Positions 9,962-22,994 of a stretch of 64,000 bases of DNA are shown one piece after another. The translations under genes were made by a program, and so were the position numbers. A model generated the notes under the pieces. That model made no database searches and was not told the DNA's origin. It saw nothing but the letters and a program-made list of their open reading frames with translations. Positions within the stretch are counted from its first letter, which is position 1; every line of letters begins with the position of its first letter. The stretch spans positions 271,498,001 through 271,562,000 of the forward strand of contig OZ024742.1 in the NCBI GenBank assembly GCA_964016885.1. The letters are read 5' to 3'. The DNA is from Eledone cirrhosa. Lineage: Eukaryota.

Positions 9962-10040
9962 GCTATTACCGGCGGTTTCCATCTACAAAAGATTGGAAAT
10001 TCAGAGAATTTCCAACGGAAAGTAGATTTCATCAGATAGC
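9962..10040 (-). ncRNA. Type-I hammerhead ribozyme (family B)
   Basis: Reverse complement of the motif at 10299-10377. Confidence 0.75.
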
Positions 10041-10298
10041 TATTTCCCTTCTATAGGACATACGTCCCACGGGTCCGTAAATATAATGCCAACTACCAGC
10101 TCGTATGAGTAAATTGCCGTTAAAGTGACCCACACGTGAACCGGCCGCTAGTGCAGGCGGGAATATTACAGACTTGTTGATGGCTTGGCTGCTAAAAAAA
10201 TAGCAGTAAGCAACAACGAATTTTTTTATCTACATACGAGCTGGTAGTTCACATTATATTTGCTGACCGTGGTACGTATATCCTATAGAAAGGAAATA

Positions 10299-10377
10299 GC
10301 TATCTGATGAAATCTACTTTCCGTTGGAAATTCTCTGAATATCGAATCTTTTGTAGATGGAAACCGCCGGTAATAGC
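10299..10377 (+). ncRNA. Type-I hammerhead ribozyme (family B)
   Basis: GCTAT-CTGATGA-a-atctac...gtagat-g-GAAA-cc-gcc-g-GTA-ATAGC; predicted cut after 10372. Confidence 0.78.
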
Positions 10378-10566
10378 ATTATGAACAGGTAGATATTTAA
10401 ATCATTTTTTAATTTATTTAAAGGATTGTTTAATGTTTGTTTGTTCTGCTCATCAAATTTTTATAGTTCTGGTATCTCGAATTAGTACCATATAACAACA
10501 ATTATATTATAGACACCATATATATCTCTATGGGTACTTAGTACTCAGTGAGATATTTACCTCATT

Positions 10567-10672
<106 letters not shown>

Positions 10673-10694
10673 TATATACCAATATGTGTATGTA

Positions 10695-10915
10695 AAGAAA
10701 ACTATGGAACGGTACTGACGATGTTATAGATTGGTTCAATAACATAACATTTAAACATAACACAAAATTCATTCAATTGGATATTGGAAATTACTACCTC
10801 TGCATTATTCCTAATTTACTTAATAAAGCCCTTATCTATGCATCTGAACATACAGATTTATCTAGCGAAGAAATGCATATCATTTTAACCGCATGGAAAA
10901 CTTTAATTGAATTAA
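10695..10915 (+). pseudogene. Penelope-like reverse transcriptase fragment
   Basis: Translates as WNGTDDVIDWFNNITFKHNTKFIQLDIGNYYLCI..LLNKAL, resembling the PLE RT motif VIxWF...FIQFDIxxFYPSI; bounded by (TA)n. Confidence 0.7.
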
Positions 10916-10922
10916 TATCATG

Positions 10923-10970
<48 letters not shown>

Positions 10971-10973
<3 letters not shown>

Positions 10974-11083
10974 AACCAGTAAGACCCCGACAGCTGAGCT
11001 CAAGCCGTTTCGACGGCTAATTCTTGTCCAGAATTAGCCGTCGAAACGGCTTGAGCTCAGCTGTCGGGGTCTTACTGGTTCCT
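10971..11083. repeat. Perfect inverted repeat, 54-bp arms, 5-nt spacer (family A 3' half)
   Basis: aggaaccagt...ggctaattct / tgtcc / agaattagcc...actggttcct. Confidence 0.95.
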
Positions 11084-11161
11084 ATTACCCACTCTACTAC
11101 CTCAAGTATTGAGTACTTTGGTGCGTTATGGTCCACCTGGTTCCTTACCACATTTCCTTCG

Positions 11162-11231
<70 letters not shown>

Positions 11232-11345
11232 AATTAGTATATCTACCAACATATATATACAGATGCATACCTATGCTAGCAAATATATATGTTTTGTCTT
11301 AGTAACTTTGTGGTTCAATGCAAGGGGATGCAGAACAATTATATG

Positions 11346-11469
11346 AAAGACGTAAAATAAGAAAATTATAAAAATTAACTTACTTACTAAAATTTCACTC
11401 CAACTAATTAGTTGGAGTGAAATTTTAGTAAGTAAGTTAATTTTTATAATTTTCTTATTTTACGTCTTT
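11346..11469. repeat. Perfect spacer-less 124-bp palindrome (family F)
   Basis: Centre at 11407/11408 within aactaattagtt; arms checked base by base. Confidence 0.95.
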
Positions 11470-11500
11470 TGAAAAACCACAGACCCTCCATCTCAACTCA

Positions 11501-11538
11501 CCTTTTGAAAAGCAGAAGAACTGCGAAACCGGTAAAGG
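11501..11538 (+). ncRNA. Minimal type-I hammerhead ribozyme, U3-A8 variant (family C)
   Basis: CCTT-TTGAAAA-GCAG-aagaa-CTGC-GAAA-CCGG-TA-AAGG. Confidence 0.8.
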
Positions 11539-11669
11539 AACCAAATAAATATATATATTTAAAAAAAAAATAAGACTTCAGTTGCATTTTCGATTTCATC
11601 CCTTTTTCTTTATACTTCCACTCGTGTAGGACACCTCGGTTATTTTTCATTTTGTAAAAAAAACCTCAC

Positions 11670-11702
<33 letters not shown>

Positions 11703-11834
11703 AGCGGAACAAGCAAAATTCAACCAATATAAAAAATATAATTTAAATATTTACCTATTCATATGGCTCTTACCGATCGGTTTCGCCTTGTAAAACACTA
11801 GAGACCCAATGGATTTCTAATGGCATACTAACTT

Positions 11835-11911
<77 letters not shown>

Positions 11912-12425
11912 CATAAATTAAAAGTCGAACGACATATATGAAATAAATACATAAAAGAATTACAGGTGATAATTTGTAAAGTGTGAAAACGCACATTGTT
12001 ACGGAGGTAACATGTTAAACATTAACGAGAACCTTGAATATAGATACCTTGCATTAATGATTAAACTCCTTTGTATATATTCCATTGGGGAAATATATTT
12101 CACTATTAATCGGTAAATCAGAAATGTCAACCCTGATTTGCTTTTAACGTGTAATCATAGATAGTTAAATCTTATCATTTGCCGACGGTCCAAGATTTGA
12201 CATGCATTAATCACCGATAAATGGTGAAATATATTTCTTCAATGAAATATGTACAAAGGATATTAATCATTATTGCAAAGTATGTATGTTTAAGGTTCTT
12301 GTTAATATTTAATGTTACCTCGGTAACTGTGTGTGTTGCACACGTTACAAATCATCGCCTGTAATTGTTTGATGTGTTTATTTTATATATATATATATGT
12401 CATTCAACTTCACATTTAATGTTAA
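11912..12425. repeat. Diverged inverted repeat (~210-bp arms)
   Basis: For example ggaggtaacatgttaaacattaacgagaacctt versus aaggttcttgttaatatttaatgttacctcgg. Confidence 0.75.
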
Positions 12426-12963
12426 TAAATGCTCGGATTCATTAATTGGAATCTTATTCCACAGGTGATATGGCGCATGCTTCTGATAATCTCAGACATT
12501 GCATCTTGAATCTAATTTTGATAGCATATATATATATATATGATATATTCTGGAATATACAGGGACTGATAGGCCTGATTAGCATATTAGTAGACTGGCT
12601 GATCAGTCAGATTATGCATGTTAGCTGACCCATTGATCATCCAGATTTGAATATCAGCAGATTGGCCAGTCACTTTTAAGTATACGAATGATTAATGGTC
12701 GGCTTTGCCATAGTCAAATAACTAAGAAGTAATTTCATCGCTCTTAGTTGCTAAATACAAGAAATCTATGTCTGAGCAGCTTTTAGAATATTAATAATAA
12801 TATTCAATTCGTTTGCAATTATGTAAACAGAATCTTAAGCAATGTCAGTTGAAGGACCCCGTCGTTCTTGCTTTTATGTTGGCATATCAACAGAACGGCA
12901 CACAGTATTCCGAAAAAATTATAGATTTTCACTAGCTGCAACAGTTGGCAGGTTGACAGTATA

Positions 12964-13008
12964 CGGTACTGATGAAGGGTAATAACCCGGGAACGTTAGT
13001 GCCTGCCG
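12964..13008 (+). ncRNA. Degenerate hammerhead (family E-related) inside inverted repeat 12810-13090
   Basis: CGGTA-CTGATGA-agggt-aata-accc-g-GGAAC-gttagt-GCC-TGCCG; core and cleavage triplet mutated. Confidence 0.55.
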
Positions 13009-13172
13009 TTCTATTTATATGCCAACACAAATGCACGAATGACAGCGTCACTTTTCTGACATGGCATTAGAGAGTGTTTGCATAATTGCGAAGAAATCGA
13101 GTCAAAAACCATTGCATGTTACTAATCTTTGATTACCCCTAACGAAATCTGATCACTACTATATTCTCCCTT

Positions 13173-13251
<79 letters not shown>

Positions 13252-13443
13252 CGCTCTCTCCCTCTCTCCCTTTCTCTCTCTCTGTTTCACTCTCAATAGG
13301 TTGGTTTCTCATTTTAATTTATACTTTTAATTTTAATGTTTTTCCTATGCTTCTATTAGCTTATATTCTCTTCACGATGGTGGTTTGGAATTCCTGTAAA
13401 GAAAAACACACTCTTCTGTGTCTTTCCTCTCTCTCACTCTCTC

Positions 13444-13562
<119 letters not shown>

Positions 13563-13868
13563 CGCACACAATTCAGTCTTCTAATACTTTTAGAAGTGGA
13601 AGGATCGCTAATTTTCTCAACAACTACTGAGGAGCAAAGACAGGTGTTGACTTCACTTAATAAGATGTTACGAACAGTTTTCAAAACTGTCTAGTAGTTA
13701 CCAGGCTATTTGCCCGATATAGGTCTGTTATTTTTCTTAATTTACTACTTAAAATTAAGTCTGACAAACCATATTGCTGTAGTTAGTATTCTTTCACGCT
13801 AGCTAACCTAGTCCTTACGATTCGAACACATGTATGTCTATATTAGTGTTCATTTCTCTTGTTTATTC

Positions 13869-13899
<31 letters not shown>

Positions 13900-13903
<4 letters not shown>

Positions 13904-15025
13904 ATATTTTTATTTGTACCCCTTCCACCGTTTTTCTTCCCTTACCTGTCCCCTCTTTTTCTAAATGTCTCTCCTCCACTCCCCTACACACTCTCGGAAC
14001 TTTCTTCCCACCCACTTTTCGCATGAAGAAGTGCTTATTCCCGAAACGTCGTTCGCTACCCCACACTCCCAAAACCGTGAAACTAATAAACCTTTGTTCG
14101 TACTGCCTCTCTGTTTTGTTCCCGTTCCATTTTTCACTATACAATACACGCTCCCACGGCTTCCATACCACCTTGGAATACAACCTTGACTAGCGGCTCA
14201 ACCCCGATCTAATCCGCCGTGACCACTGTCTGAACTTTCCCCACACCTTCCCACAACCCGTTTTTTTCCTTTCTTTGCATTACTTTTTGATTGATTTATT
14301 TACTGTATTTGTTTATTTCTGTCTATGAATTTTGTCCATGATTGACCGTTTTTATTTATGATTATGATTTTTTGTCTATGATTTTCCTGTGTATACTCTC
14401 CTCTCCTTACGTTATTTCTGTTTGATTTTCCCTGCCCCGTCTCTGCCTAACTTTCGCATTCACCCCTTCGTTCCACCTCCCTTCTCATTCCTCCCCCTGC
14501 TTTCACTCCACGCCCACCATGCCCAGCCTGAGATCCTTTCTCCACCAACTCCAAACCCGCCTCAAACTTTTCCTCACCATGCTATCTCCCCTCGGCCCTC
14601 CAACTCTCATACCTTCTCTTCGCCAAAACCCGGCACTCCAGCCACATCCATTTCCTCAGCCGCTGCCTCCACCCTCACCTTATGCCCCTCGGCTTCCGAC
14701 TACACTTCCACACCATTCCCTCCGCTTCCCCCTCCACCCAACGTATACTCACCCGATCTTCGCGCCTCCTAATGCGCAATTCCCTCCGCTCCTCCCTCTC
14801 CATCATTCGCAAACTTGACTACCAACTGACCCACACCCTCCTCCGCATGCCACCCCCGCCTCGCCCACTCCATGCTCCTCTTCATCCAAAACCTCAACCA
14901 CAACTTCTCCTTCCTCACCTCCACCAAAGCCCTTAAGCTACTCTCACTCCTCCCTAACAACCCCATCCACCTTATGCCCCCCATACCCATCCCACGCCTT
15001 TCCCCCACTCACCCCCACCCCCTCT
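13900..15025 (+). mobile_element. Decayed 5' part of a Penelope-like element (pLTR remnant plus ORF N-terminus)
   Basis: Translates as SHIHFLSRCLHPHLMPLGFRLHF, resembling the PLE N-terminal HxxFLxxC...PxGL motif. Hammerhead-like remnant atgaaga...ccgaaacgtc at about 14023-14050; G-poor sense strand. Confidence 0.55.
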
Positions 15026-15045
15026 AATAATAATAATAATAATAA

Positions 15046-18000
15046 CAAATAGGGAAGTAGACGTACATGGTGGATATAGTGTTATGGCATCGCTCCCGTA
15101 AGTTTTTGATTTTTATGTATTTAAACAACTGTGATAGAATAATTCTTATTTCAAATGGAACATAATGTTACAATTTTTTTTTTACTCTCATCAAGTGACA
15201 ACGCATCATTCACCAATCCTCGATATGAGTGTTTAAATGTCGAACCTAAACTTTCGAATAACGGTGAAGTGGAGACTGGAATGACATGTGACAGACTCTC
15301 ACCCAGCAGGTGCACCCTGGTCCAGCATCAGGGACCTGGCGGTAATCCAAATACTGCTGGTGTTGGCGGAAGGAGAAGAGGGAAAGGGACCAGAACCAAC
15401 TGGAAGAAGGAATTGAATAGAACTGTTATGCAATGTTACCTGAAGTGTAACCCCAAGGAAAAATGCTATAGGAAACGGATGCATAACAACTGGAACGAGA
15501 TGAACAAACATTGTCCGGGCAGGCTCGGGTAATAAGAACTAATAGCTGGATAAGCCTGCTGGAACATTAGGAACTCAGCAGAGATTAATTTGGAAATGGA
15601 GAGTAGAGTATGCCAGGCAAAGGAGCCAGTGGGAAACCTATGAACATAAGATTTGTAGACAGGAAAAAGTTAAAAGATAACAACTAAGGTAAACAAAGTC
15701 ATCCCATACATTGAGGCAAGGAACCTTCACCAGTGCAACAATATCCTCAAAGCAACAGCAAATGCGGTGAGGACATTACTTGGCATAAAAGCGAGAGGAA
15801 ACAACAAACAAGAAAGATCAGAACCTTGATGGAAGAAACGACTGAATACTTAAATCAGGGTAATGAGAAATGTCAGTAGAAAGCTTGAGTCCCTACTGAA
15901 TGGGACACTACAAAACATAGACACAAAAAATAGACTGGAAATAAAGTACAAAACTAGGAGGAAAAAGCTAAATATTATCATAGAGGAACTGAAGCAACGC
16001 ATTGTAGCAAAGAGCGCATGATTAGGCGATACGAGAGAAGAGTCAGTCAGTATAGACAGAACCGCATGTTTGACAACAACCAGACGATGTAGTTTGGACA
16101 GCTTGAAGGGAAAGAAAGAGACAACGACTTGATCCCTGAGGCGGAACAAACTAAGACATTCAGGAGAGGAATATTGGAACAGGATGTTAAACATAATGAT
16201 CAGGCAGTGTGGATTGAGACAGTACAAAAGGAGTTTAGTGAACAGGCACACCAACAGACTGATTTGAGTATCACAGTTGAAACTCTCAAGGGGCAGGCCA
16301 GCAATCTAACCAACTGGAAATCACCAGACCCAGATGGTGTGCATGGGTATTGTATTAAAAATATAACATCCCTCCACCCGATACTAACAACCATGTTCAA
16401 TGACTGCTTGATGTCAGTTGAGGTACCAAAGTGGTTGACAAAAGGTACGACAGTTCTGGTAATGTAAGACCGAATCAAGGGTAATGATGTTACCAACTAT
16501 AGACCTATCACATGCCTGTCCGTAATGTGGAAACTTTTAACAAGCATTGTGTCTGAGGAAATCTACCATCACCTCCACATAAACAACTTGTTACCGGACG
16601 AACAGAAAGAATGCCGAAAGAAGTCCCGTTGTACAAAAGACCAGTTACTTATTGATGATAAGTTAATGAGAAATTAGAAGAGGAGGCACACTGATCTTGC
16701 CATGGGATGGATAGACTACAAAAACTCATTCGACATGGTACCTCATTCTTGGAGAACCAAAAGCCTAGAGATCTTCAAGGTGGCAGATAACATCAGACAG
16801 TTGTTCAGCAAAAGTATGAAGTCCTGGAAAACAGAGTTAACATCGGGCGGAGAATCCTTGGGAGGCGTGAAGATCAAGAGAGGTATCTTCCAGGGAGATA
16901 GTTTGTACCCTCTGTTGTTTGTGCTTGCCCTGATCCCCATAACCATTATGCTGCGAAAAGTGAGAACAGGATACAAGTTGGGAATGGGAGAGCTTACCAT
17001 CAACCACCTCCTCTTCATGGACGATCTTAAACTCTTCGGGATGAGTGAGAAGGAGTTGGATGTGCTTGTTGACACTGTCCGTATTTTCAGCAATGATATA
17101 TGTATGCAATTTGGTATTAGTAAGTGTGGAGTCCTTGTGATGAAGAGTGGGTAAATTGGGCTGGAGCAACGGAATCCAGCTAGCAACAGATACTGATGAA
17201 GAATGCAAATATTTAGGTGTTCTGGAGGCTGATGACACCAAGGACAATAAAATGAAGGAATTGATAAGATCTGAATATATTCGGAGAGTAAGGAGCGTAT
17301 TAAAGTCACATAAGTGCAATAAATTCCTGAGCTGTTTCTATTATTAGGTACAGTGCGGGAATTCTGAGATGGAATGTTGCTGAACAAAAAGAAATGGATA
17401 GGAAGACTAGGAAGCTATTGACTATCTACAACATGTTCCACAAAAGGAGTGATGTCGATAAACTCTACTTGAGGAGATCTAAAGGTGGAAGAGGTCTTAT
17501 CATCATAGAGGAGTGTGTTCAGATGGAGAAAAACAACCTTCACAAATACGTGACTGATAGTAGTGAGCCAATGCTCAGAATTGTACTGAAGGAAAGGACA
17601 ATAGACCAGGGGATGTCCAAGGAGGAAATAACAACAAGGAGAATGAGCAACTTTCATGAAAAATCCCTTCATAGTACCTTTTTTCAGAAAACTGAATTTA
17701 GAGATCCACAGACATGGAACTGGTTGAAAAGAGGAGACCTTAAAAAGGCTACAGAAGGAATGCTAATGGCTGTGCAAGAGCAGGCCCTCAAAACGAAGTG
17801 GTTGAAACACCATATTTACAAGAGGGAGGCTAGCCCACAGTGCAGAATCTGTGGAGAGAGAGAGGAGACTGTGGCTCACATTGTATCCGAGTGCAAACAC
17901 CTAGCCTGAACTCACTATAAAGACTGGATACATGATGTGATGGGCAGGGTGATCCACTAGCACCTATGGAAAGTAACCAATTTAACACATTCTTAGAAAT

Positions 18001-18396
18001 GGTATTAGCATAAGCCAGAGTCGGTGATAGAAAACGATCAGGTGAAGGTGCTGTGGGATTTTAGGATGCAGACGGATAAGAAACTGGAACACAATAGAGC
18101 TGACCTGGTGGTTTTGGACAAGGACAAAAGATCGTGCCGGATTGTGGATGTGGCCTCCCCATTCGACACGAGAGTGCAAGAGAAGTCGCACTAGGTACTA
18201 TCTCAAAAAGTTTCTAGGGATGGTTAAAGAAAATTGGCCCCACGGCGCGTTTTGGAACGCTTCAAAAGGCATTCTTGCTGAGAACAGCAAGAACTCTCCG
18301 ATACGTCCTGAATATCTGAGGCTGCAGGTAGTGGCTTGATATTCATTCCAACAAACTTTACCGTTAAGTAACATCAATGACTGAGACTCAAAGAAC
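15046..18396 (+). mobile_element. R4/Dong-clade RLE non-LTR retrotransposon, near full-length, decayed
   Basis: RT motifs [22 protein letters not shown] and [10 protein letters not shown]; CCHC CRICGEREETVAHIVSEC; RLE remnant. Many stops and frameshifts; flanked by (TAA)n on both sides. Confidence 0.9.
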
Positions 18397-18435
18397 AATA
18401 ATAATAATAATAATAATAATATTAATAATAATATT

Positions 18436-21400
18436 AATCACAAATGTTTTCTTTATTGGCCACAAGGGCTAACATGAAGAAAAACATTACAGACGACACA
18501 GGACGATACAAAGTGTGTTTTGGTCGTTTAAAAAGATTATAAAATACAGAAACGTGTAAAATAAACTTAAATTCAAACATCAAAAATCCCCCAATAAGAG
18601 GGAAGCCTCCAAGGGTCACTCTTGGCGAAAACCACACAAAAGAAAACCGCCACCCTGACCACCAGGGCACGCGCCCTCTCTTAGTCTTCCCTTTCCTCAG
18701 CCTACAGGCGCATACTCAGAGTGAGCCCGTTCACTCGGACCAGATTCGCCACATTCACCCACCTTTCAACAACTTCACAAGAAGACAGCACTTGCCTTTC
18801 CACCCTGATTTTCCTCTTCAAGTGAAACTTGAAAAAGTTAATCAGGGATTGGCCGGAGAGGAAAGTGTCCGTCTTCAGCCCTTTCAACCTTGTCCACGAC
18901 ACAATCTCTTTCGGCATGGCGACCAGACAGATGAAGACTGCCTGCGCTTCCTCTCCTTTAAAGGAGGATGGCGGGGCTATCTGCACAATGGACTCAGCTG
19001 ATAACCGAATGCGTCCTACACGTGACATAAACTGTTCGACATAGTTCCACAATTCAGCAATCCACGGGCACTGAACGAGTGCGTGCAGGACGGTTTCGTC
19101 CTCATGTGCGCATCTCGGACAGACTCGGCTGATAGCACTCCGTGCATGTAGAGCTTATCTCGAACCGGTAACGCTCCCTGGTAGCACTGCCAGGCCAGTG
19201 ATTTCTGGAAATTGTCCATAGGCCCCGGGCTGAAAGTTCTCTTGAAGAGAGCAAAGAGCCGATCATCTTCGACGCCCAGGGACTCCCCGAGAAATTCGTC
19301 GCTCTTCCCCTCCAATAGCCCTCTATTGAACGCCAAGGTGGATGTTCCACCAATATCAGTGTCCAGTTGATAGAGGGAGGTGAGCTCTTGGAGACATTCC
19401 AGCTTGCAAGCGCTATCCCTCGGTCATTTTCTGATTCAGGACTGCAGATCCCTCAAGGAAACGAGCTGGGGAAAAGCGCGTCTGGAAAACGGCGACCACA
19501 CCTGCTCACCGTAAAGGAAACACCAGAGATGTCGCAGCCCCAGCGCATGTTTGCGCATCATCAGCCACGCATGCCCAATTCTCCACACAAGGGGTGCTGA
19601 CAGCAGATGGATCGTCTTACCATGGGAGCATGTCCCTTCCACAAAAGGTGGTAGAGAAGGCGTTGCATTTTGGTCAGAGTTTGACGGGGGCAACGTACGA
19701 CGGTCAGGCGGTAGCTGATGACGGACGCGATGTACACATTCTCCACCTCCTCCCGACCTGACAGAGACAGCCTCCTCTCAGCCCATTTCTGGGTGAGGAA
19801 GCCACCCTGCTCGTCACCTGGCTTCAGTTTTTCTCCATCTGGAGGTCCAGACCGAACCAGAACCTGAGCAATTTAACATGTACTTCCGTCCAGTGCCCCA
19901 CAACGCTGTCGGAGGGCACGGGCTTGCCTCTCCAGGGACGATTGGCAAGCCTACCGACTTTTCCTGGTCTATCTTTGCTCCTGTCACCGCTTCGTATTCC
20001 TTGAGAGCCGTGCCGAGCATCTGGACGTGTTCGGTGCTCGACACCAACACGGATCTCCCGCATCCAAGTTCGTTAGGTACCCCCGTCATGGTCTCCAATT
20101 TGTGCAGTAATGGCTCGAGAGCCAGTACGTACAAAGAGGGACGAGAGGGGACAACCTTGGCCGACCGAGCGCATGATGCTGAACGGCTGTGACAGGTGAC
20201 CATTCAACCTCACGCTCGAGCAGATATCGCTGTGCATTGCAGTGATCCAGCCTCTGAAACTGGGCTCAAATCCTCGAGGACAGGAGCTAGGTACCGATGG
20301 TCGACTCTATCAAATGCTTTAGATTGATTCAAGTTGATCAGGGCCCCAACTTGCAAGTTTCCTTAAACGCACTCTATGTGGTGTATCGCATGAGATGGAG
20401 GTTGTATTGTATGGATCTGTCCGGAATGGCGTATGTCTGCGCCTCACCCACCAGATCAACGATGGTAAGCGCCAATCTCTTTGCTAACACCTTGGCCAAA
20501 ATCTTGATCTCTGTGTATAGCACAGTTGTGGGCCTAAAGTTGTCTATAACGTCCTTTTTTTCGGGTCTTTCTCAACAACGTCACCGTTCCCCGTCTCACA
20601 AAGCTGGGGATGCTCCCGTTCTGCTGCCAGTTTCAGTAGACATCTGCCAAGAGGTCGTCGAACAAGTCTAGCATGTACGTATAAAGCTCGTAGGTAGACC
20701 ATCCAAACCTGGTAATTTACCCAACGTGCAGTTAGACATTGCTTCCCGCATTTCACCTGCTGTTATCGGCCTTTCACAGCATTGGCTGCGGTCACCGAGA
20801 GCCGTGGCTGTCCGTTGTGCTATGCACCGAAGTCCATACTCCGATGCTGTCCGCCGCCGCCGCCCCCGTACAATCGAGAAAAGTGCTGTTAAAAAGCCAC
20901 ACATATCTGCTCGGGTTCGAGGAATATGCGCCCGTTTTGATCAGACAAATACCGTATTGTGGCTTTGTTTCCATGTCATGCCTCCACCACCCGGCCCAAT
21001 TGAACGGCTCTGTCCCCTCGTGTCTCTGAACACGCGCTCTAGCTCTGACAACGTATCCTTCATGCTATGCGTTGAAGAATTGGTCGAATGTCAATCTCGC
21101 CGCACCACGTCTGTTGCGATGCCTGTCCTAAACGCCTCTACTAGCTTTCTAATTAACTCTCCCTCTACAATATTTTCCTCAATCACTACTCTTAGCTAAA
21201 CCTTATCGATTCTACTCTAATAGCCCTTTTCAGGGAAAAAAAAAACACCTGTTGTTGACGATCGCACCCGTCAACGCACGCTTAACTAATTCGCTAATCT
21301 GGTCTCTGTAAGATTTGCGCGCTGGGAAAGACGCGTTCAGCTCCCAGTAACCGGGCCCTTGCCTATGGAGTCTATCTAAGTCAACTTCACAGGTCACGTT

Positions 21401-22980
21401 TTTGTGGTTTGTGTTGGGGCATAGACGGCTACTAGCCTGAAGGTATTTCCTATGCTGCTAGTCATGTCCAGTACCACCGACTTACCTTCTGGGTCCTGGA
21501 AGATGGCCCGTATGGCGAGATCCAAGCCTCTCCGAAAAAGCACAGCAGCTCCTCTCCCCGATCCTGGACCGCTGGGAGATGCGTACTCATCGTAGCCGCC
21601 GAAGTTCGTTGCGAAGGCTCGTTTTCGGAAATTCTGGTCTCGCTGATGGCCACCACATCTATGCTTAGTGACCTGAGGTCGTTGAGCAGGTGACCCTGCT
21701 TCCAAGATGACCCCGGGCCATGTACTGCCTGCTCTAAGTACGGCCATGTTGGAACGGGGCAAGTGAGAAAGGATCACTTACCTTGATCGCGTGGGGAAGG
21801 GACAGTAGAGCCGTCCCTTCGGCTGGTCATGGGTGTCTCAAAGACGATATATTTGTAGATTCTTTGGAGAGTGACCCCCTGAAATCCTCAACTGCTTTGG
21901 GGAATTTTTGTTTCAATTGTTTGTAGTTTTCGAGTTTAATTTGTACAATGTGAATGTTTTTTGGTAATGTTCTTGGTGTTTGGTGGTGTGTGGTAATTTA
22001 CCTCTTAAATATTAGTGTGGTGTTTTATGTGTCCCATTCGTCCTTGGTGTGCAATGTTTATGGATGTGTACTTTTTGGGGGGAGGAGTGGTTTTGTTGTT
22101 GTTTTCTTGCTGTTGCTGTTGAGTATGTGTGCTTTGTTGTGTTTGTGTTGTTGGTGTTTTTGGTGATGCTGGTGGTGTTGTGGGTGTTGATGATAGTGAT
22201 GATTGTGGTGGTGATGGTCATTTTGGTGGTGTTGCTGCAAGTCTCCTAGCAGTATTTATTCTTCATTCTTTGCCTTCACTTTTGCAGGGAGGAGCTGTGG
22301 TGTTTTTGCTTTTGTTCTTTTTTGTTTTTCGTTAACAAACTTTTTCCACTCCATGTCCGACTGTGAGAGGTCGGCGAGTGGTATGAGTTCTACCCTCTCA
22401 TTTGTCTTTGTTGTTATTGTTGGTGGTGGTGGTGGTGTTGGAGCCGGGTCTGCCGCTCCTGGCACAGGTGCAGCTAGTGCAACTGTTTCTGTTGCTGCAG
22501 CTGCCGTCACTGTTTTCTTTGTCCGTGGTTTTGGTGTGGGTGTCACGGACGTTGTCTTCCTAATCTCTGTAGAAGCTCCCGACTTTTTCGCTGACTGCTC
22601 TGTTTCTGATGGCAGCAGTTCCGGCATTGGAAGGTGGGTTGCCCTTGCCTTTGTTATTTTCTGTGGGCAGAATGCGCTGAGGTGGGACATTGATCTACAG
22701 TTGAAGCATTTTGGATACCTTCAACAGATATGGGAAGTTGGGAGCCATTTCCGAGGTATATTACGTCAGAAATAGCGCTGATGCAGTCATTGCCGGTTTG
22801 GATAAGCATCTCCATTCCAATACCGACACGTTCTCTCTCCCAGACTTCTGTACCTGCAGAATGGTTGTTTTATCTGCGATGCCCGATAGAACAGACACGA
22901 CCAGCCAAGGCACGGGTACGTAGGGCAGGTCCTGGGTTACCTTGACCTTTGGCAATTTTTCCCCGCAGTGAAGTTGTCTA
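18436..22980 (-). mobile_element. Tx1/L1-group LINE (ORF1 zinc knuckle; ORF2 APE-RT-CCHC), decayed
   Basis: FRLVAVYAP (APE), KAFDRVDH, SLAWQCYQGALPVRDKL; ORF1 CFNCRSMSHLSAFC; 3' end cccttgtggccaataaagaaa. Confidence 0.88.
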
Positions 22981-22994
22981 ACGTTATGTCATCA

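Larger units (their letters stand above)
9884..10456. repeat. Inverted repeat, ~224-bp arms, each containing a hammerhead (family B)
   Basis: 9884-10107 is the near-identical reverse complement of 10233-10456. Confidence 0.9.

Noticed and set aside
15046-15110. HDV-like ribozyme at the 5' end of the R4-type element
   Set aside because: I could not build a convincing nested double pseudoknot by eye.
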